This document shows, one piece after another, positions 1-12,253 of a stretch of DNA of 64,000 nucleotides. Positions within the stretch are counted from its first letter, which is position 1; each line of letters starts with the position of its first letter. The position numbers and the translations under genes are program-made. The stretch comes from Eledone cirrhosa (Eukaryota). The stretch covers positions 42,594,001-42,658,000 of the forward strand of contig OZ024748.1 in the NCBI GenBank assembly GCA_964016885.1, read 5' to 3'. The notes beneath the pieces were generated by a model that had not been told where the DNA came from, searched no databases, and saw only the letters and a list, made by a program, of their open reading frames with translations.

Positions 1-1997
1 CGACAACCTCCACCTCATGCGATACATCATAGAGAGGGTTGGCAACGAACCCGGCTTTGGTGGGGCCCTGATCAACTTGGATCAATCTAAGGCGTTCGAT
101 AGGGTCGACCATGGTTTCCTGGATGCGGTGCTAGCGGCGGCGGGCTTCGGACCCGTTTTCAGGGGCTGGATTTCTGCCATGCACAGTGGCAACATCTACT
201 CTAGGATTAAAGTAAACGGCTACCTCTCGGAGCCGTTTCAAATCACCCGGTCCATCAGGCAGGGGTGCCCCCTCTCCTCCCTTCTGTACGTATTGACTCT
301 CGAGCCACTGCTGCGGAAGTTGGAGTTGCTGCGGGGCATACCCCTGGAACCGGGATTGCACAAAGCGGTCTCGGCCTATGCCGACGACGTAACAGTAATG
401 GTGGCGGACGCCTCGGAAATCGGGGCGATCGCCACCCTACTGGGGGAATACGAAAGGCTGACGGGGGCTAGGCTGAACCAGGACAAGTCAGTCGGTTTGC
501 AACTCGGAACGTGGAGGGGCAAACCGATGCCGTTAGACGGTGTCGTCGGGCGGTGGACGGAGGGCCCGGTGAAGCTGCTCGCGGTCTGGTTCGGACCGGA
601 CCTCCAGGTGGAGAAGAATTGGGGCGAGGTGACGAGCAGGGTGTTTGCGCTGACCCAGAAGTGGGCCAAGTGCAAACTATCACTGAAAGGTCGGGCGGAG
701 GTGACGAACGCTTACATAGCGTCCGTCATCTACTACCGCCTGACCGTCGTGCCTTGCCCCAAGGAAAAGCTCACCATCATGGAACGCATGCTCTTCCAGT
801 TCCTCTGGAAGAAGCGGCCTCCCATGGTGAGGAGATCCATCTGCTGCCAGCACCCTTCGAAAGGAGGGCTGGGTATGCCGTGGCTGTTGATGCGTAGGCA
901 CGCATTGAGGCTACGGCATCTACAGGTATTCCTCAACGGTCAGCCGGTGTGGGCCCCGTTTGTGAGGCGAGCCTTCCCACAGCTCGTCTCGCTCACCGAA
1001 CTGCAATCCTGGATGAAGCAAAGACCGAGAAAACTGGGCAACTGGCACACCGAGTGTGCCCAGGCGCTCACGGCTATCTGGCAAGCGGACCCGACTATCA
1101 GTGGAGAATCCACCTCGACATTCTATAGAGGGTTGGTGGCTAGCAAGGGCGACGACACCCTTGGAGAGTCGCTAGGCATGGAGGAGGACGAACTGGCCAG
1201 CCTGTTCGGTAGAACTTTCGGCCCGGGACCCATGGACAACTTCCAGAGGTCCCTAGCCTGGCAGTGTTACCGGGGGGCTCTGCCCGTTCGAGAAAAGCTC
1301 TACAGACACGGGCGCCCGGGCAGGGATTCCGCGAAAAAGATCTGTCCCGGATGCGTGCGCGACGAGGAAACCGTTGCGCATGCACTGGTACACTGCCCGG
1401 GCGTTGCCGATCTGTGGGGCTACGTCGAACGACTGCTGTCGCGTGTGGCGCCGATTCGATTAACCGCCGAGTCTGTGGTGAACATCAAGCCGCCTCCTCC
1501 CTTCAGAAATGAAGCAGAGGCGGTTTTTCTGTGCGTAATAGCCATGATGAAAGAGGTTGTGTGGTGGACGCGCCTGAAAGGTCTGAGGTCGGGTGACTTT
1601 CTCTCCGGCCATCACCTGGTTTACTTCTTCCGATACCACTTCGGAAGAAGGATCAGGATGGAGAGAGAAGTGCTTGGCCCCAGACAGTTTTATGAAAGGT
1701 GGGTGAAAGAAGCGAGTATGGCCCGTGTAAATGGGCCTTCTCTCTACATTGTTCTGTAGGTGAAGAAGTGAAGAGGAAAGGGGGAGCGCCTCCTCTCTGG
1801 GCTTCCCCCGCGAAAAGAGTTGCACACTTTTCGGGGGTATGTGCAATCCCCAACACGCCCCCTCCCCTTTGAGGACTTTTTATTGTTATATTATTATTGT
1901 TATTCCTTTTTTCTTTACTCGATTTATGTAAACTCCCCCACTGTGTAAATGTCCCCTTCTTTTGTGCCCTCGTGGCAAATAAATAGAAATTTATCTA
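1..1997 (+). mobile_element. Tx1-clade (L1 group) non-LTR retrotransposon, 3' part (runs off window start)
   Basis: ORF2 RT and C-terminus closely similar to the full-length copy at 57294-60731. 3' UTR ends GTGGCAAATAAATAGAAATTTATCTAT, like the other copies. Confidence 0.93.
2..1759 (+). CDS. Tx1 ORF2, partial: reverse transcriptase plus C-terminal Cys/His region
   Basis: LDQSKAFDRVDH, IRQGCPLS, YADD, GGLG and CPGC...ETVAHALVHC motifs; frame is open from the window start. Confidence 0.92.
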   Translation, partial: DNLHLMRYIIERVGNEPGFGGALINLDQSKAFDRVDHGFLDAVLAAAGFGPVFRGWISAMHSGNIYSRIKVNGYLSEPFQITRSIRQGCPLSSLLYVLTLEPLLRKLELLRGIPLEPGLHKAVSAYADDVTVMVADASEIGAIATLLGEYERLTGARLNQDKSVGLQLGTWRGKPMPLDGVVGRWTEGPVKLLAVWFGPDLQVEKNWGEVTSRVFALTQKWAKCKLSLKGRAEVTNAYIASVIYYRLTVVPCPKEKLTIMERMLFQFLWKKRPPMVRRSICCQHPSKGGLGMPWLLMRRHALRLRHLQVFLNGQPVWAPFVRRAFPQLVSLTELQSWMKQRPRKLGNWHTECAQALTAIWQADPTISGESTSTFYRGLVASKGDDTLGESLGMEEDELASLFGRTFGPGPMDNFQRSLAWQCYRGALPVREKLYRHGRPGRDSAKKICPGCVRDEETVAHALVHCPGVADLWGYVERLLSRVAPIRLTAESVVNIKPPPPFRNEAEAVFLCVIAMMKEVVWWTRLKGLRSGDFLSGHHLVYFFRYHFGRRIRMEREVLGPRQFYERWVKEASMARVNGPSLYIVL

Positions 1998-2197
1998 TTT
2001 TCCCCTCCCTCTGTTTTTCTGTCTCTCTCTCTGTAGATGTTTGTCTGTAGTTTTCCTAATCTTTCTCTAAATCTCTCTCTCTCTCTCTATGTGTATATAT
2101 TGAAGGGAGATACGGAAACTAAAACAGTGTTGTCATATAGAGAGTGAAGAGCGACAGAGAGGGTAAAGCAGTTAAATTATAGAGAGGGGAATGATCT
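1997..2197. repeat. ~200-bp direct duplication, copy 1 (copy 2 at ~3827-4055)
   Basis: TTTTCCCCTCCCTCTG...GAAGGGAGATACGGAAACTAAAACAGTGTTGTCATATAGAGAGTGAAGAGCGACAGAG...ATGATCT occurs at both sites. Confidence 0.85.
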
Positions 2198-2209
2198 TAC
2201 ATACATACA

Positions 2210-2828
2210 TAGTGGCTGCCAACTTGTTTTCGAGTACGGCCACTACTTTATATCCATGTAGGAGAACCCTTACCGATGCGCTGAACGAGTGTGACTTCTT
2301 AGTCCAGCCAGCGACTTGAAAACTCTGGTACAAACACTACACTTGTGACAATTATTGATACATAGTGCTGGGCCCATGGTACCATGTGACGACAAGTGCA
2401 GAGAGATCTCCAGATATAAAGCAATGCTTGTGCCGTGAAGCTTTTATAGTGAGCAAAGGCACTGCACAAAGCCAGTCCCACTCTCTTAACCAGGATGATA
2501 TTTACCAAAAAGAAGAACAAGTCAACATCATTGGATACCATCAGGGTTGCAGGTGTTATATCAGAGTTTTCCTTCTCCTAGAATTCTGCCTTGACAAAGG
2601 CTAAGGGGTCATCTCTCCCGGTGATTTTGGATGGCCATTGACTCTTAAGAGCTCCTTTGCCCTTTGGCAGGTTTTGTTTTTAGTCCTGCAGGATGTCCAA
2701 AGTCACCCTCCTCACCAAGAAACCTTGGTGGGGTTGCCAGTTTAGTCGCCAACGACCCGATCATGGGACAGGTTGTACTGGGATACATGTTACCAGTAGC
2801 ACCATATATACATACATATATACATACG

Positions 2829-2865
<37 letters not shown>

Positions 2866-3210
2866 ATATGTCTTATGGTAGCTAAGATGCGTCCATATAC
2901 ATACATAAATATATATACATATGATGGCTGCCCCCTCGTTATCGAGTATGGCCATTGCACGATTTACCATTATTAATAATTATTTATTAATTCTATCGTG
3001 CAATGCCTGTGTGTGAAGATATTTTTTAAAGTGAGGAAAGACTGGGCACTGGGCCAATCCCAATCTCTGAGCGACAGTAGCTATAACCCGAAAAGAAGAA
3101 GAGATCAACATCATCGGTAACTACTGAGTCGCAGGTTTTATATCAGAGTTATCCCAGTTTCCTGAGTTACCTTCTCCTAGAAGAATGCCCTGACAAAGGC
3201 TAGGGTCCTT
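2210..3210 (-). mobile_element. Two degenerate copies of an interspersed repeat (~2210-2805 and ~2922-3210), possibly the 5' region of an RTE-like element
   Basis: Shared blocks TGGCTGCC..TCGAGTAYGGCCA and GAAGAA..TCAACATCAT..ATATCAGAGTT..CCTTCTCCTAGAA..TGACAAAGGCTA. Family and strand are inferred. Confidence 0.4.
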
Positions 3211-3247
3211 CACATACATTCATACAAACATATAAAGTATAGATATG

Positions 3248-3775
<528 letters not shown>

Positions 3776-3826
3776 AATAACTAACACTTTAATTGTATAT
3801 CTCTCTGTCTAACGGCCTGTCTCTCG

Positions 3827-3910
3827 CTTTTCCCCTCCCTCTGTTTTTCTGTCTCTCTCTCTCTGAGATGTGTCTGTAGTTTTCCTAATCTTTCTCTAAA
3901 TCTCTCTCTT

Positions 3911-3947
<37 letters not shown>

Positions 3948-4055
3948 GTGTATATATTGAAGGGAGATACGGAAACTAAAACAGTGTTGTCATATAGAGA
4001 GTGAAGAGCGACAGAGAGAGTAAAGCAGTTAAATTATAGAGAGGGAGAATGATCT
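3827..4055. repeat. ~200-bp direct duplication, copy 2
   Basis: Matches 1997-2197, with longer internal TC/TA tracts. Confidence 0.85.
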
Positions 4056-4118
4056 ATTATAAAGAGAGGGATGAGCGACCGAGAGAGTAAAGCTAAGAAA
4101 CTATAGGGAGGTGTGTAG

Positions 4119-4203
4119 GATACATACATACATACATACATACATACATACATACATACATACATACATACATACATACATACATACATACATACATACA
4201 TAC
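4119..4203. repeat. (TACA)n microsatellite
   Basis: Pure ATAC run. Confidence 0.95.
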
Positions 4204-4242
4204 CTAATATACATGACGCTCAGCTTTATAATATAGATATAT

Positions 4243-6710
4243 GGAGTAATGTAAATGTTATGTGAGATATTATGTGAGGTAAAACATTTACTGTGAAAAT
4301 ACAATAGTATATATAAAGTAATGTAAATAATATGTGAGATATTATGTGAGGTAAAGCCTTTACTGTGAAAAATACAATAGTATATATAAAGTAATGTAAA
4401 TAATATGTGAGATATTATGTGAGGTAAAGCCTTTCCTGTGAAAAATACAATAGTAAATATAGAGTAATGTAAATGTTATGTGAGGTATTATGTGAGGAAA
4501 AGCCTTTACTGTGAAAATACAATAGTAACTATAGAGTAATATAAATATTATGTGAGATATTATGTGAGGTAAAGCCTTTACTGTGAAAATACAATAGTAT
4601 ATATAGAGTAATGTAAATGTTATGGGAGATATTGTGTGAGGTAAAATCTTTACTGTGAAAATATAATAGTATATATAGAGTAATGTAAATGTTATGTGAG
4701 ATATTATGTGGGGTAAAGCCTTTACTGTGAAAATACAATAGTATATATAGAGTAATATAAATATTATGTGAGATATTATGTGAGGTAAAGCATTTACTGT
4801 GAAAATACAATAGTATATATAGAGTAATGTAAATGTTATGGGAGATATTATGTGAGGTAAAATCTTTACTGTGAAAATATAATAGTATATATAGAGTAAT
4901 GTAAATGATATGTGAGGTATTATGTGAGGAAAAGCCTTTACTGTGAAAATACAATAGTAAATATAGATTAATATAAATATTCTGTGAGATATTATGTGAG
5001 GTAACGCCTTTACTGTGAAAATACAATAGTATATATAGAGTAATGTAAATGATATGTGAGATATTATGTGAGGTAAAGCCTTTACTGTGAAAATACAATA
5101 GTATATATAGAGTAATGTAAATGATATGTGAGATATTATGTGAGGTAAAGCCTTTACTGTGAAAATACAATGGTATATATAGAGTAATGTAAATGATATG
5201 TGAGATATTATGTGAGGTAAAGCCTTTACTGTGAAAATACAATAGTATATATAAAGTAATGTAAATGTTATGTGAGATATTATGTGAGGTAAAGCCTTTA
5301 CTGTGAAAATACAATAGTATATATAAAGTAATGTAAATGATATGTGAGATATTATGTGAGGTAAAATCTTTACTGTGAAAATACAATAGTATATATAAAG
5401 TAATGTGAATGATATGTGAGATATTATGTGAGGTAAAGCATTTACTGTGAAAACACAATAGTATATATAAAGTAATGTAAATGATATGTGAGATATTATG
5501 TGAGGTAAAGCCTTTACTGTGAAAATACAATAGTATATATAAAGTAATGTAAATGATATGTGAGATATTATGTGAGGTAAAGCTTTTCCTGTGAAAATAC
5601 AATAGTATATATAGAGTAATGTAAATGTTATGTGAGATATTATGTGAGGTAAAGCCTTTACTGTGAAAATACAATAGTATATATAGAGTAATGTAAATGT
5701 TATGTGAGATATTGTGTGAGGTAAAGCCTTTACTGTGAAAATACAATAGTATATATAAAGTAATGTAAATGATATGTGAGATATTATGTGAGGTAAAGCC
5801 TTTACTGTGAAAATACAATAGTATATATAAAGTAATGTAAATGATATGTGAGATATTATGTGAGGTAAAATCTTTACTGTGAAAATACAATAGTATATAT
5901 AAAGTAATGTGAATGATATGTGAGATATTATGTGAGGTAAAGCATTTACTGTGAAAACACAATAGTATATATAAAGTAATGTAAATGATATGTGAGATAT
6001 TATGTGAGGTAAAGCCTTTACTGTGAAAATACAATAGTATATATAAAGTAATGTAAATGATATGTGAGATATTATGTGAGGTAAAGCCTTTCCTGTGAAA
6101 ATACAATAGTATATATAGAGTAATGTAAATGTTATGTGAGATATTATGTGAGGTAAAGCCTTTACTGTGAAAATACAATAGTATATATAGAGTAATGTAA
6201 ATGTTATGTGAGATATTGTGTGAGGTAAAGCCTTTACTGTGAAAATACAATAGTATATATAAAGTAATGTAAATGATATGTGAGATATTATGTGAGGTAA
6301 AGCCTTTACTGTGAAAATACAATAGTATATATAAAGTAATGTAAATGATATGTGAGATATTATGTGAGGTAAAGCCTTTACTGTGAAAATACAATAGTAT
6401 ATATAGAGTAATGTAAATGTTATGTGAGATATTATGTGAGGTAAAGCCTTTACCGTGAAAATACAATAGTATATATAGAGTAATGTAAATGTTATGTGAG
6501 ATATTATGTGAGGTAAAGCCTTTACCGTGAAAATACAATAGTATATATAAAGTAATGTAAATGATATGTGAGGTATTATGTGAGGTAAAGCCTTTACTGT
6601 GAAAATACAATAGTATATATAGAGTAATGTAAATGATATGTGAGATATTATGTGAGGTAAAGCCTTTACTGTGAAAATACAATAGTATATATAGAGTAAT
6701 GTAAATGATA
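4243..6710. repeat. 72-bp minisatellite, ~34 copies
   Basis: Unit GTAATGTAAATGATATGTGAGATATTATGTGAGGTAAAGCCTTTACTGTGAAAATACAATAGTATATATAGA; 24-aa periodicity in ORF 4529-6682. Confidence 0.97.
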
Positions 6711-6719
6711 ATGGGATGA

Positions 6720-6878
6720 CGAGGCGGCGAATTGACAGAGTTGTTAGAACGTCAGATAGAGTATTTTTCGGTATTTGTTACGGCTCCCTGAGTTCAAATA
6801 CCCGTGAGGTCAACTTTGCCTTTCATCCTTTTGAGCTCAATAAATAAATAAAGTACCAGTCAAGTACTGGGGTCAATT
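6720..6878 (+). mobile_element. tRNA-derived SINE (octopod-like), degenerate
   Basis: A-box-like GGCGAATTGACAGAGTTGTTAG, B-box-like GAGTTCAAAT, body ACTTTGCCTTTCATCCT...AAGTACCAGT...CTGGGGTC; related copies at 12573 and 13392. Confidence 0.75.
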
Positions 6879-7107
6879 CTTCGTATACATCTCTTTCTCA
6901 TTTCCTTTCTCTCATCCGATATGCGGGTTTATATGTATTGCATATATAAACTCGCATATCTGATGAGGTGTCGAGGAAATATCGGACCCCGGTCGTTATG
7001 ATTGCATCCTGAGATGATCGATATTGAACCGATTGGAATAGCCCAGTAACGTTTATATAGATATATATGCTGGAACAGTGACTTCGATTCCACTTACTTT
7101 TCGTATA

Positions 7108-7176
<69 letters not shown>

Positions 7177-7239
7177 TTCACGCAATGCTCACATTAAGGA
7201 ACCACTCATGATAATAACAATTTTAAAAAAACAACAAAA

Positions 7240-10200
7240 AGAAAACCCCGTGACCAAGAAATACCGGGATGGCGGCCGGCGGGGAATAGCCGTGTCTCTA
7301 GGGGAGAACGACCCCTCTAGTCTTGGTTGACACTCGTTCTAGAAGTGGTAACACGAAATGATTACCCCTTGGCGGATAAGGATAAAACGCGACAAAATAA
7401 AGTAAATGTCTAATGATAAAATCTCATACCGGATCGGCCGTCACCCGGGTAAAAAAGGGCCGCGTCCCTCAGAGAGGAACCAGACTGGGGTCGAAAAATC
7501 ACCTAATGGTTCAAACATTCCCATCATTTCGGAGCTGGAGACCTCCCATAACCGGAATACTCCTACTGTTGGCCCTCCATGCTCACCACCAAGAAATCCA
7601 AAGAAAAAGAGAGAAAAATGGTCAAGGGAAGATAATAAAGAAGACCTTGAGGCTTTCTACACTTCCATGTACTACCCATCAAATACATCGAATACAGAAC
7701 AGACATATATCAACTGGAAAAAGAAACATCCCGAAAACAGAGGCTATATTGACAGTAATAAACTAGCCAATATACGAAGAAATATTGTAAGAAAAAAGTT
7801 ACTAACTGATATAGAAATTGATCAGATCAAGCTATTAGCACAAAGTCAGCGAAGGGAAAATGAAACATGTGTCAGTGAAAACGAGGTAAACTGTAACACT
7901 TCGAATCCCAGGGTTGGGGCGGAATCACTGGCAACAGACCAAATTAAAGAAAGGATCGAAAAAGTGGAGGGAGTGCATGCTCAGGATGAAACTCCAAATG
8001 AAAATAATGAGATCGTAAATGATAAAGAAATGAATGAGAATGAACTTGCCAACTTGAAGGATGAAATTATGATCGAATGGATGAAAATGAAAGAATCTGA
8101 CATGGGGCAACGAGACACCCTCCCTAAGATCCAGAACTCCAAACAGAACCAAAAGATAATACACAAGACTAACATAATTCTCAAAAACATTATCATCACA
8201 AACAAACTAAACATTACTGATTTAAATCATCTCTATTATGCATCGGCTAAAGTCACCACTCACTTATGTGGAGTGAAGATGAAAAAACAAAGGAATTCCC
8301 ACAAGAAATCTACTTGGCAAGAGAACATCAATCGCCAAATAAACCTTCTCCGATCTGACATAGAAATTTTAACAAACTATAAAGTAGGTGAACATGTTAA
8401 ACAAACTAAACTTAGAAAATTGAAAAAAAAGTACAGTATAAAATCAACATGTGACATAGATATGCTGATAGAAATAATCAAGCAAAAAGTGTCGGCCAAA
8501 GCTGCTCGTATAAGGCGCTTTGAAAAACGATCTAGATTCTATAAGGACAATAATATGTTCAAAAACAACCAAAGAAACTTCTACAGAAAAATTGGTAAGT
8601 CAACAATAACTGCTAAATCAATACCACCCAAGGAGGAAGTGCAAGAATTCTGGGAAAAGATCTGGGCCGAAGAAAAAGTTCATAACATACATGCCCCATG
8701 GATAGATAGACAAATGAAAGATACAGCTCACCTTGAGGAACGAACATGGGAAAATATAACAGTTGAACAGTTGCGCTTGGCTCTAAGAAAAACCAGCAAA
8801 TGGAAATCCCCAGGAAAAGACAAAATACAAAACTTTTGGATAAATGCCTTCACAGAGTCTCATGAGCTGTTAGCCCAACTTTACAATGAAATAGTTAAGG
8901 AGCCAGAAAAGATACCTTCATGGCTAGTTAACGGCATTACATTCCTGCTTCCGAAGAATGATGAGACAAACAATCCCAAAAATTACAGACCGATAACTTG
9001 CTTGACCACAATGTATAAAATGTTAACATCAGTCCTAACTGAATACACATATGACCACCTGATAACAAATGACCTATTTCCCATTGAGCAGAAAGGGTGT
9101 AAACGAGGCTCATATGGCTGTAAGGATCAGCTTCTGGTTAACAAAATGATACTGGAAGATTGTCATAATAGACACAAAAATCTATCGATTGCTTGGATAG
9201 ATTATAAAAAAGCATTCGATAGTTTGCCACACAGTTGGATTGAAAAATGTTTAGAGATTTTCAAAATATCCCCCGTTGTCAGGAGGTTTTTGTCATTCAG
9301 TATGAAGACATGGAAAACAACACTCCTTTTGAATAGTGAAATAAAATCACTGGAAGCTGGAGAAGTTAATATTAATTGTGGAATTTTTCAGGGTGACTCT
9401 TTATCACCGCTTTTATTCTGCATCGCACTTATACCATTAAGTAAAATGCTCAATGAAACAAAACATGGATATAAAGTCTATGACAAAACAATTAATCACC
9501 TGTTCTACATGGATGACCTGAAACTATTTGCAAAAAATGATGAACAATTGCAAGGGCTATTATCCACTGTGAAGCAGTTCAGTGATGACATTAAAATGGA
9601 GTTTGGACTAGATAAATGCGCCAAAGCAACGTTCACCAGAGGAAAGCTGCTGAAGAGTTCAGACATTAATCTTGATCGGGGGAACGTGATAAGAGAACTT
9701 GATCAAGAACAAACTTACAAATATCTAGGTGTTTATGAAGGAGACGGAATCAAGCACTCGACAATGAGGGAAAGGATAAGGAAGGAATGTTACCGCAGAG
9801 TAAGAGCAATCTTAAGAACGGAATTGAATGCAAGGAATAGGATCGATGCCATAAACACGCTTGCCATACCAGTAGTAACCTACAGTTACAATGTCATCAA
9901 CTGGTCAAGCACAGAGATCCGTAGGCTCGATACAAAAATTCGAAAATTCTTAACCATGCACAGAATGCATCACCCTAAGGCAGATATAGATAGAATATAT
10001 CTCCCTAAGAAAGAAGGAGGACGTGGGTTAATCCAGTTAGATATTGCGTTGAAAACTGCAACAATTGGATTATCTACATATCTAAGGGAATCACATGATT
10101 GGATGATCAAACTCGTTTTGAAACACGAAAGCATCAAAAGATCATATTCCATTACAAAAGATGCACAAAGATACAGTAATGGACTACAAATTTCAGAAGT

Positions 10201-11199
10201 CCCATTTACTGCTGAAATGGAAAACACAGAAAAAGCAAAGCAGGTAAAAGTAACTGCAAAGAAAGAACTGCTACAGAAACTGGCTAAGAAATGGCAAGAA
10301 AAGCCTCTGTATGGAAAATACCCAGAGCGAGCTAACAATCCTGATGTTGACAAAACTTTAACCCATCAGTGGTTGGCATCCTCTGGACTGAAATCGGAGA
10401 CTGAAGGACTGATTATATCCGCACAAGATCAGTGTCTGCCAACAAAAAATTACCAAGCCAACATAATAAAAAATGGGGGCAGCCCATTATGCCGTGTATG
10501 CAAAAAACAACCAGAGACCATTGACCATATAATTTCAATGTGCAGTCCTATAGCTCCAACCGAATACCTAAACAGGCATGACACAGCTGCACAATACATA
10601 CATTGGATAATGTGTAAGCATTTTGACCTGCCCCATCAAAAGAATTGGTGGGAGCATCAACCACCTCCCATACTTGAAAAAGATCACATCTCAATCTTGT
10701 GGAACTTTAGCATCCAAACAGACCGAAAAATAGATGCAAACAGACCTGATATAATATTGAAAGACTTTCAAAAGAGGGTATGCCTGCTAATTGATATGTC
10801 TGTTCCAATAGACAAGAATGTATCTATAAAAACATTTGAAAAATTGAGCAAGTATAAGGACCTGGAGATAGAAATTGGAAAAATGTGGAAATTGAGAACT
10901 AAAACAATACCAGTGGTTGTAGGCGCTCTGGGAATGATACCTAAGGGGGCTAATGATTACTTATCGCAAATCCCAGGAAACCCGCGTATAGGAGAAATAC
11001 AAAAGATAGTACTAATGGGAACTGCCCATATACTAAGGAAGATTCTGTCAATATATGTACATCACAAGTCTAAACACTAAAGATGCATGTGTGAATATGT
11101 ATGTTCTTTCTTGAACATGGCGGACCTTGTTGTCTCTTGAGGTCACTGGTTGTGACTTGGTGATAACTCGTATGAACATAAAGCAAGATAAATGCAACT

Positions 11200-11201
<2 letters not shown>
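7240..11201 (+). mobile_element. Dong/R4-clade non-LTR retrotransposon, apparently full length, between (TAA)n tracts
   Basis: Single ORF with RT and C-terminal restriction-like endonuclease; (TAA)n at ~7115-7177 and ~11202-11249. Dong elements are established TAA-repeat targeters. 5' boundary is approximate. Confidence 0.92.
7406..11080 (+). CDS. Dong/R4 polyprotein: RT, CCHC zinc finger and REL endonuclease (1224 aa, uninterrupted)
   Basis: KSPGKD, NYRPITCL, IDYKKAFDS, FQGDSLSPLLF, YMDDLKL; CRVC...ETIDHIISMC, RHD, RPDII, IDMSVP, KLSKY, VVGALG. Confidence 0.95.
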   Translation: MSNDKISYRIGRHPGKKGPRPSERNQTGVEKSPNGSNIPIISELETSHNRNTPTVGPPCSPPRNPKKKREKWSREDNKEDLEAFYTSMYYPSNTSNTEQTYINWKKKHPENRGYIDSNKLANIRRNIVRKKLLTDIEIDQIKLLAQSQRRENETCVSENEVNCNTSNPRVGAESLATDQIKERIEKVEGVHAQDETPNENNEIVNDKEMNENELANLKDEIMIEWMKMKESDMGQRDTLPKIQNSKQNQKIIHKTNIILKNIIITNKLNITDLNHLYYASAKVTTHLCGVKMKKQRNSHKKSTWQENINRQINLLRSDIEILTNYKVGEHVKQTKLRKLKKKYSIKSTCDIDMLIEIIKQKVSAKAARIRRFEKRSRFYKDNNMFKNNQRNFYRKIGKSTITAKSIPPKEEVQEFWEKIWAEEKVHNIHAPWIDRQMKDTAHLEERTWENITVEQLRLALRKTSKWKSPGKDKIQNFWINAFTESHELLAQLYNEIVKEPEKIPSWLVNGITFLLPKNDETNNPKNYRPITCLTTMYKMLTSVLTEYTYDHLITNDLFPIEQKGCKRGSYGCKDQLLVNKMILEDCHNRHKNLSIAWIDYKKAFDSLPHSWIEKCLEIFKISPVVRRFLSFSMKTWKTTLLLNSEIKSLEAGEVNINCGIFQGDSLSPLLFCIALIPLSKMLNETKHGYKVYDKTINHLFYMDDLKLFAKNDEQLQGLLSTVKQFSDDIKMEFGLDKCAKATFTRGKLLKSSDINLDRGNVIRELDQEQTYKYLGVYEGDGIKHSTMRERIRKECYRRVRAILRTELNARNRIDAINTLAIPVVTYSYNVINWSSTEIRRLDTKIRKFLTMHRMHHPKADIDRIYLPKKEGGRGLIQLDIALKTATIGLSTYLRESHDWMIKLVLKHESIKRSYSITKDAQRYSNGLQISEVPFTAEMENTEKAKQVKVTAKKELLQKLAKKWQEKPLYGKYPERANNPDVDKTLTHQWLASSGLKSETEGLIISAQDQCLPTKNYQANIIKNGGSPLCRVCKKQPETIDHIISMCSPIAPTEYLNRHDTAAQYIHWIMCKHFDLPHQKNWWEHQPPPILEKDHISILWNFSIQTDRKIDANRPDIILKDFQKRVCLLIDMSVPIDKNVSIKTFEKLSKYKDLEIEIGKMWKLRTKTIPVVVGALGMIPKGANDYLSQIPGNPRIGEIQKIVLMGTAHILRKILSIYVHHKSKH

Positions 11202-11251
<50 letters not shown>

Positions 11252-11257
11252 TGATCA

Positions 11258-11612
11258 TGCCTGATTGTGGATGTGGCCTGCCCATTCGACACGAGAGTGC
11301 AAGAGAAGGAGAGGGAGAAAATTAACCGATACCAGGACTTAAAGTGGGAGGTAAAAAGGATTTGGAACTGCCATGAAGTCAAAGTGGTCCCGATTGTCAT
11401 AGGCGCACTAGGTACTATCTCAAAAGGTTTCCAGGGATGGTTAAAGAAAATTGGCCCCGCCACGCTTTTTGGAACGCTTCAAAAGGCATGCTTGCTGGGA
11501 ACAGCAAGAACCCTCCGATACGTCCTGAATATCTGAGGCTGCAGGTAGTGACTTGATATTCATTTCAACAAACTTTCCAGTTAACTAACATCAATGACTG
11601 AGACTCAAAGAA
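11258..11612 (+). mobile_element. 5'-truncated second Dong/R4 family (endonuclease tail plus 3' UTR) followed by (TAA)n
   Basis: VDVACPFDTRV...KINRYQDL...VVPIVIGALG...QKACLLGTARTLR is homologous to, but diverged from, the end of the upstream ORF; (TAA)n at ~11613-11667. Confidence 0.88.
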
Positions 11613-11613
11613 C

Positions 11614-11668
<55 letters not shown>

Positions 11669-12253
11669 GGGGAGTGTGTAAGCTGAGTGTTGAAGGAGCA
11701 ACATTAAAACCCGATCGGGACATATCACATGTTGAACAAAAGATTACACAATAGCTGTCTAATGAGGTCGTATCTATTACGTAATAGATACCGCTGAAAT
11801 ATATATAACAGAAACAAAGTAATATATATATATATATACACTTTTAAAGGTGTCGACAGTGAATAAATATATATATTCTAGACATAAACTAATGGTTCGT
11901 TAAACGACAAAAACCCTCACATCACTCCTGTTAAAAATACGATGCAATTTTCTACCTAACTCTAAAAATTAATTATTTATCACCTGCACTGTCCTGATGT
12001 TATTTTTTTTAAAGTCATGTTTCTATTTACTTTACAAAGAAAATTAATTACTTTATAGATATATTATTGTTAACGGTGAAATATTAGAGTGGAAATGCAA
12101 TTGACAGGTTCTGTGTAGGCCAATACTCAGTATGAATACATACATGAAATTTAACAGGGTAACAACTTGTTCCTTTAACAATAAGAAACAAGTAACATAT
12201 TAAAAACATAATTATGTAATCAATTTAAAAATCTATGTCACAAATATATAGAG

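Noticed and set aside
6955-7055. CTGATGAG suggesting another hammerhead
   Set aside because: No properly placed GAAA, stem III and cleavage triplet could be assembled; at most a decayed remnant.
12144-12172. Possible 29-bp fourth ZIP exon (G|GA TSCYPVKFH, GTATGT donor)
   Set aside because: Phase fits and it supplies an expected Cys, but the AAG acceptor is weak and the exon is too short to support without transcripts.
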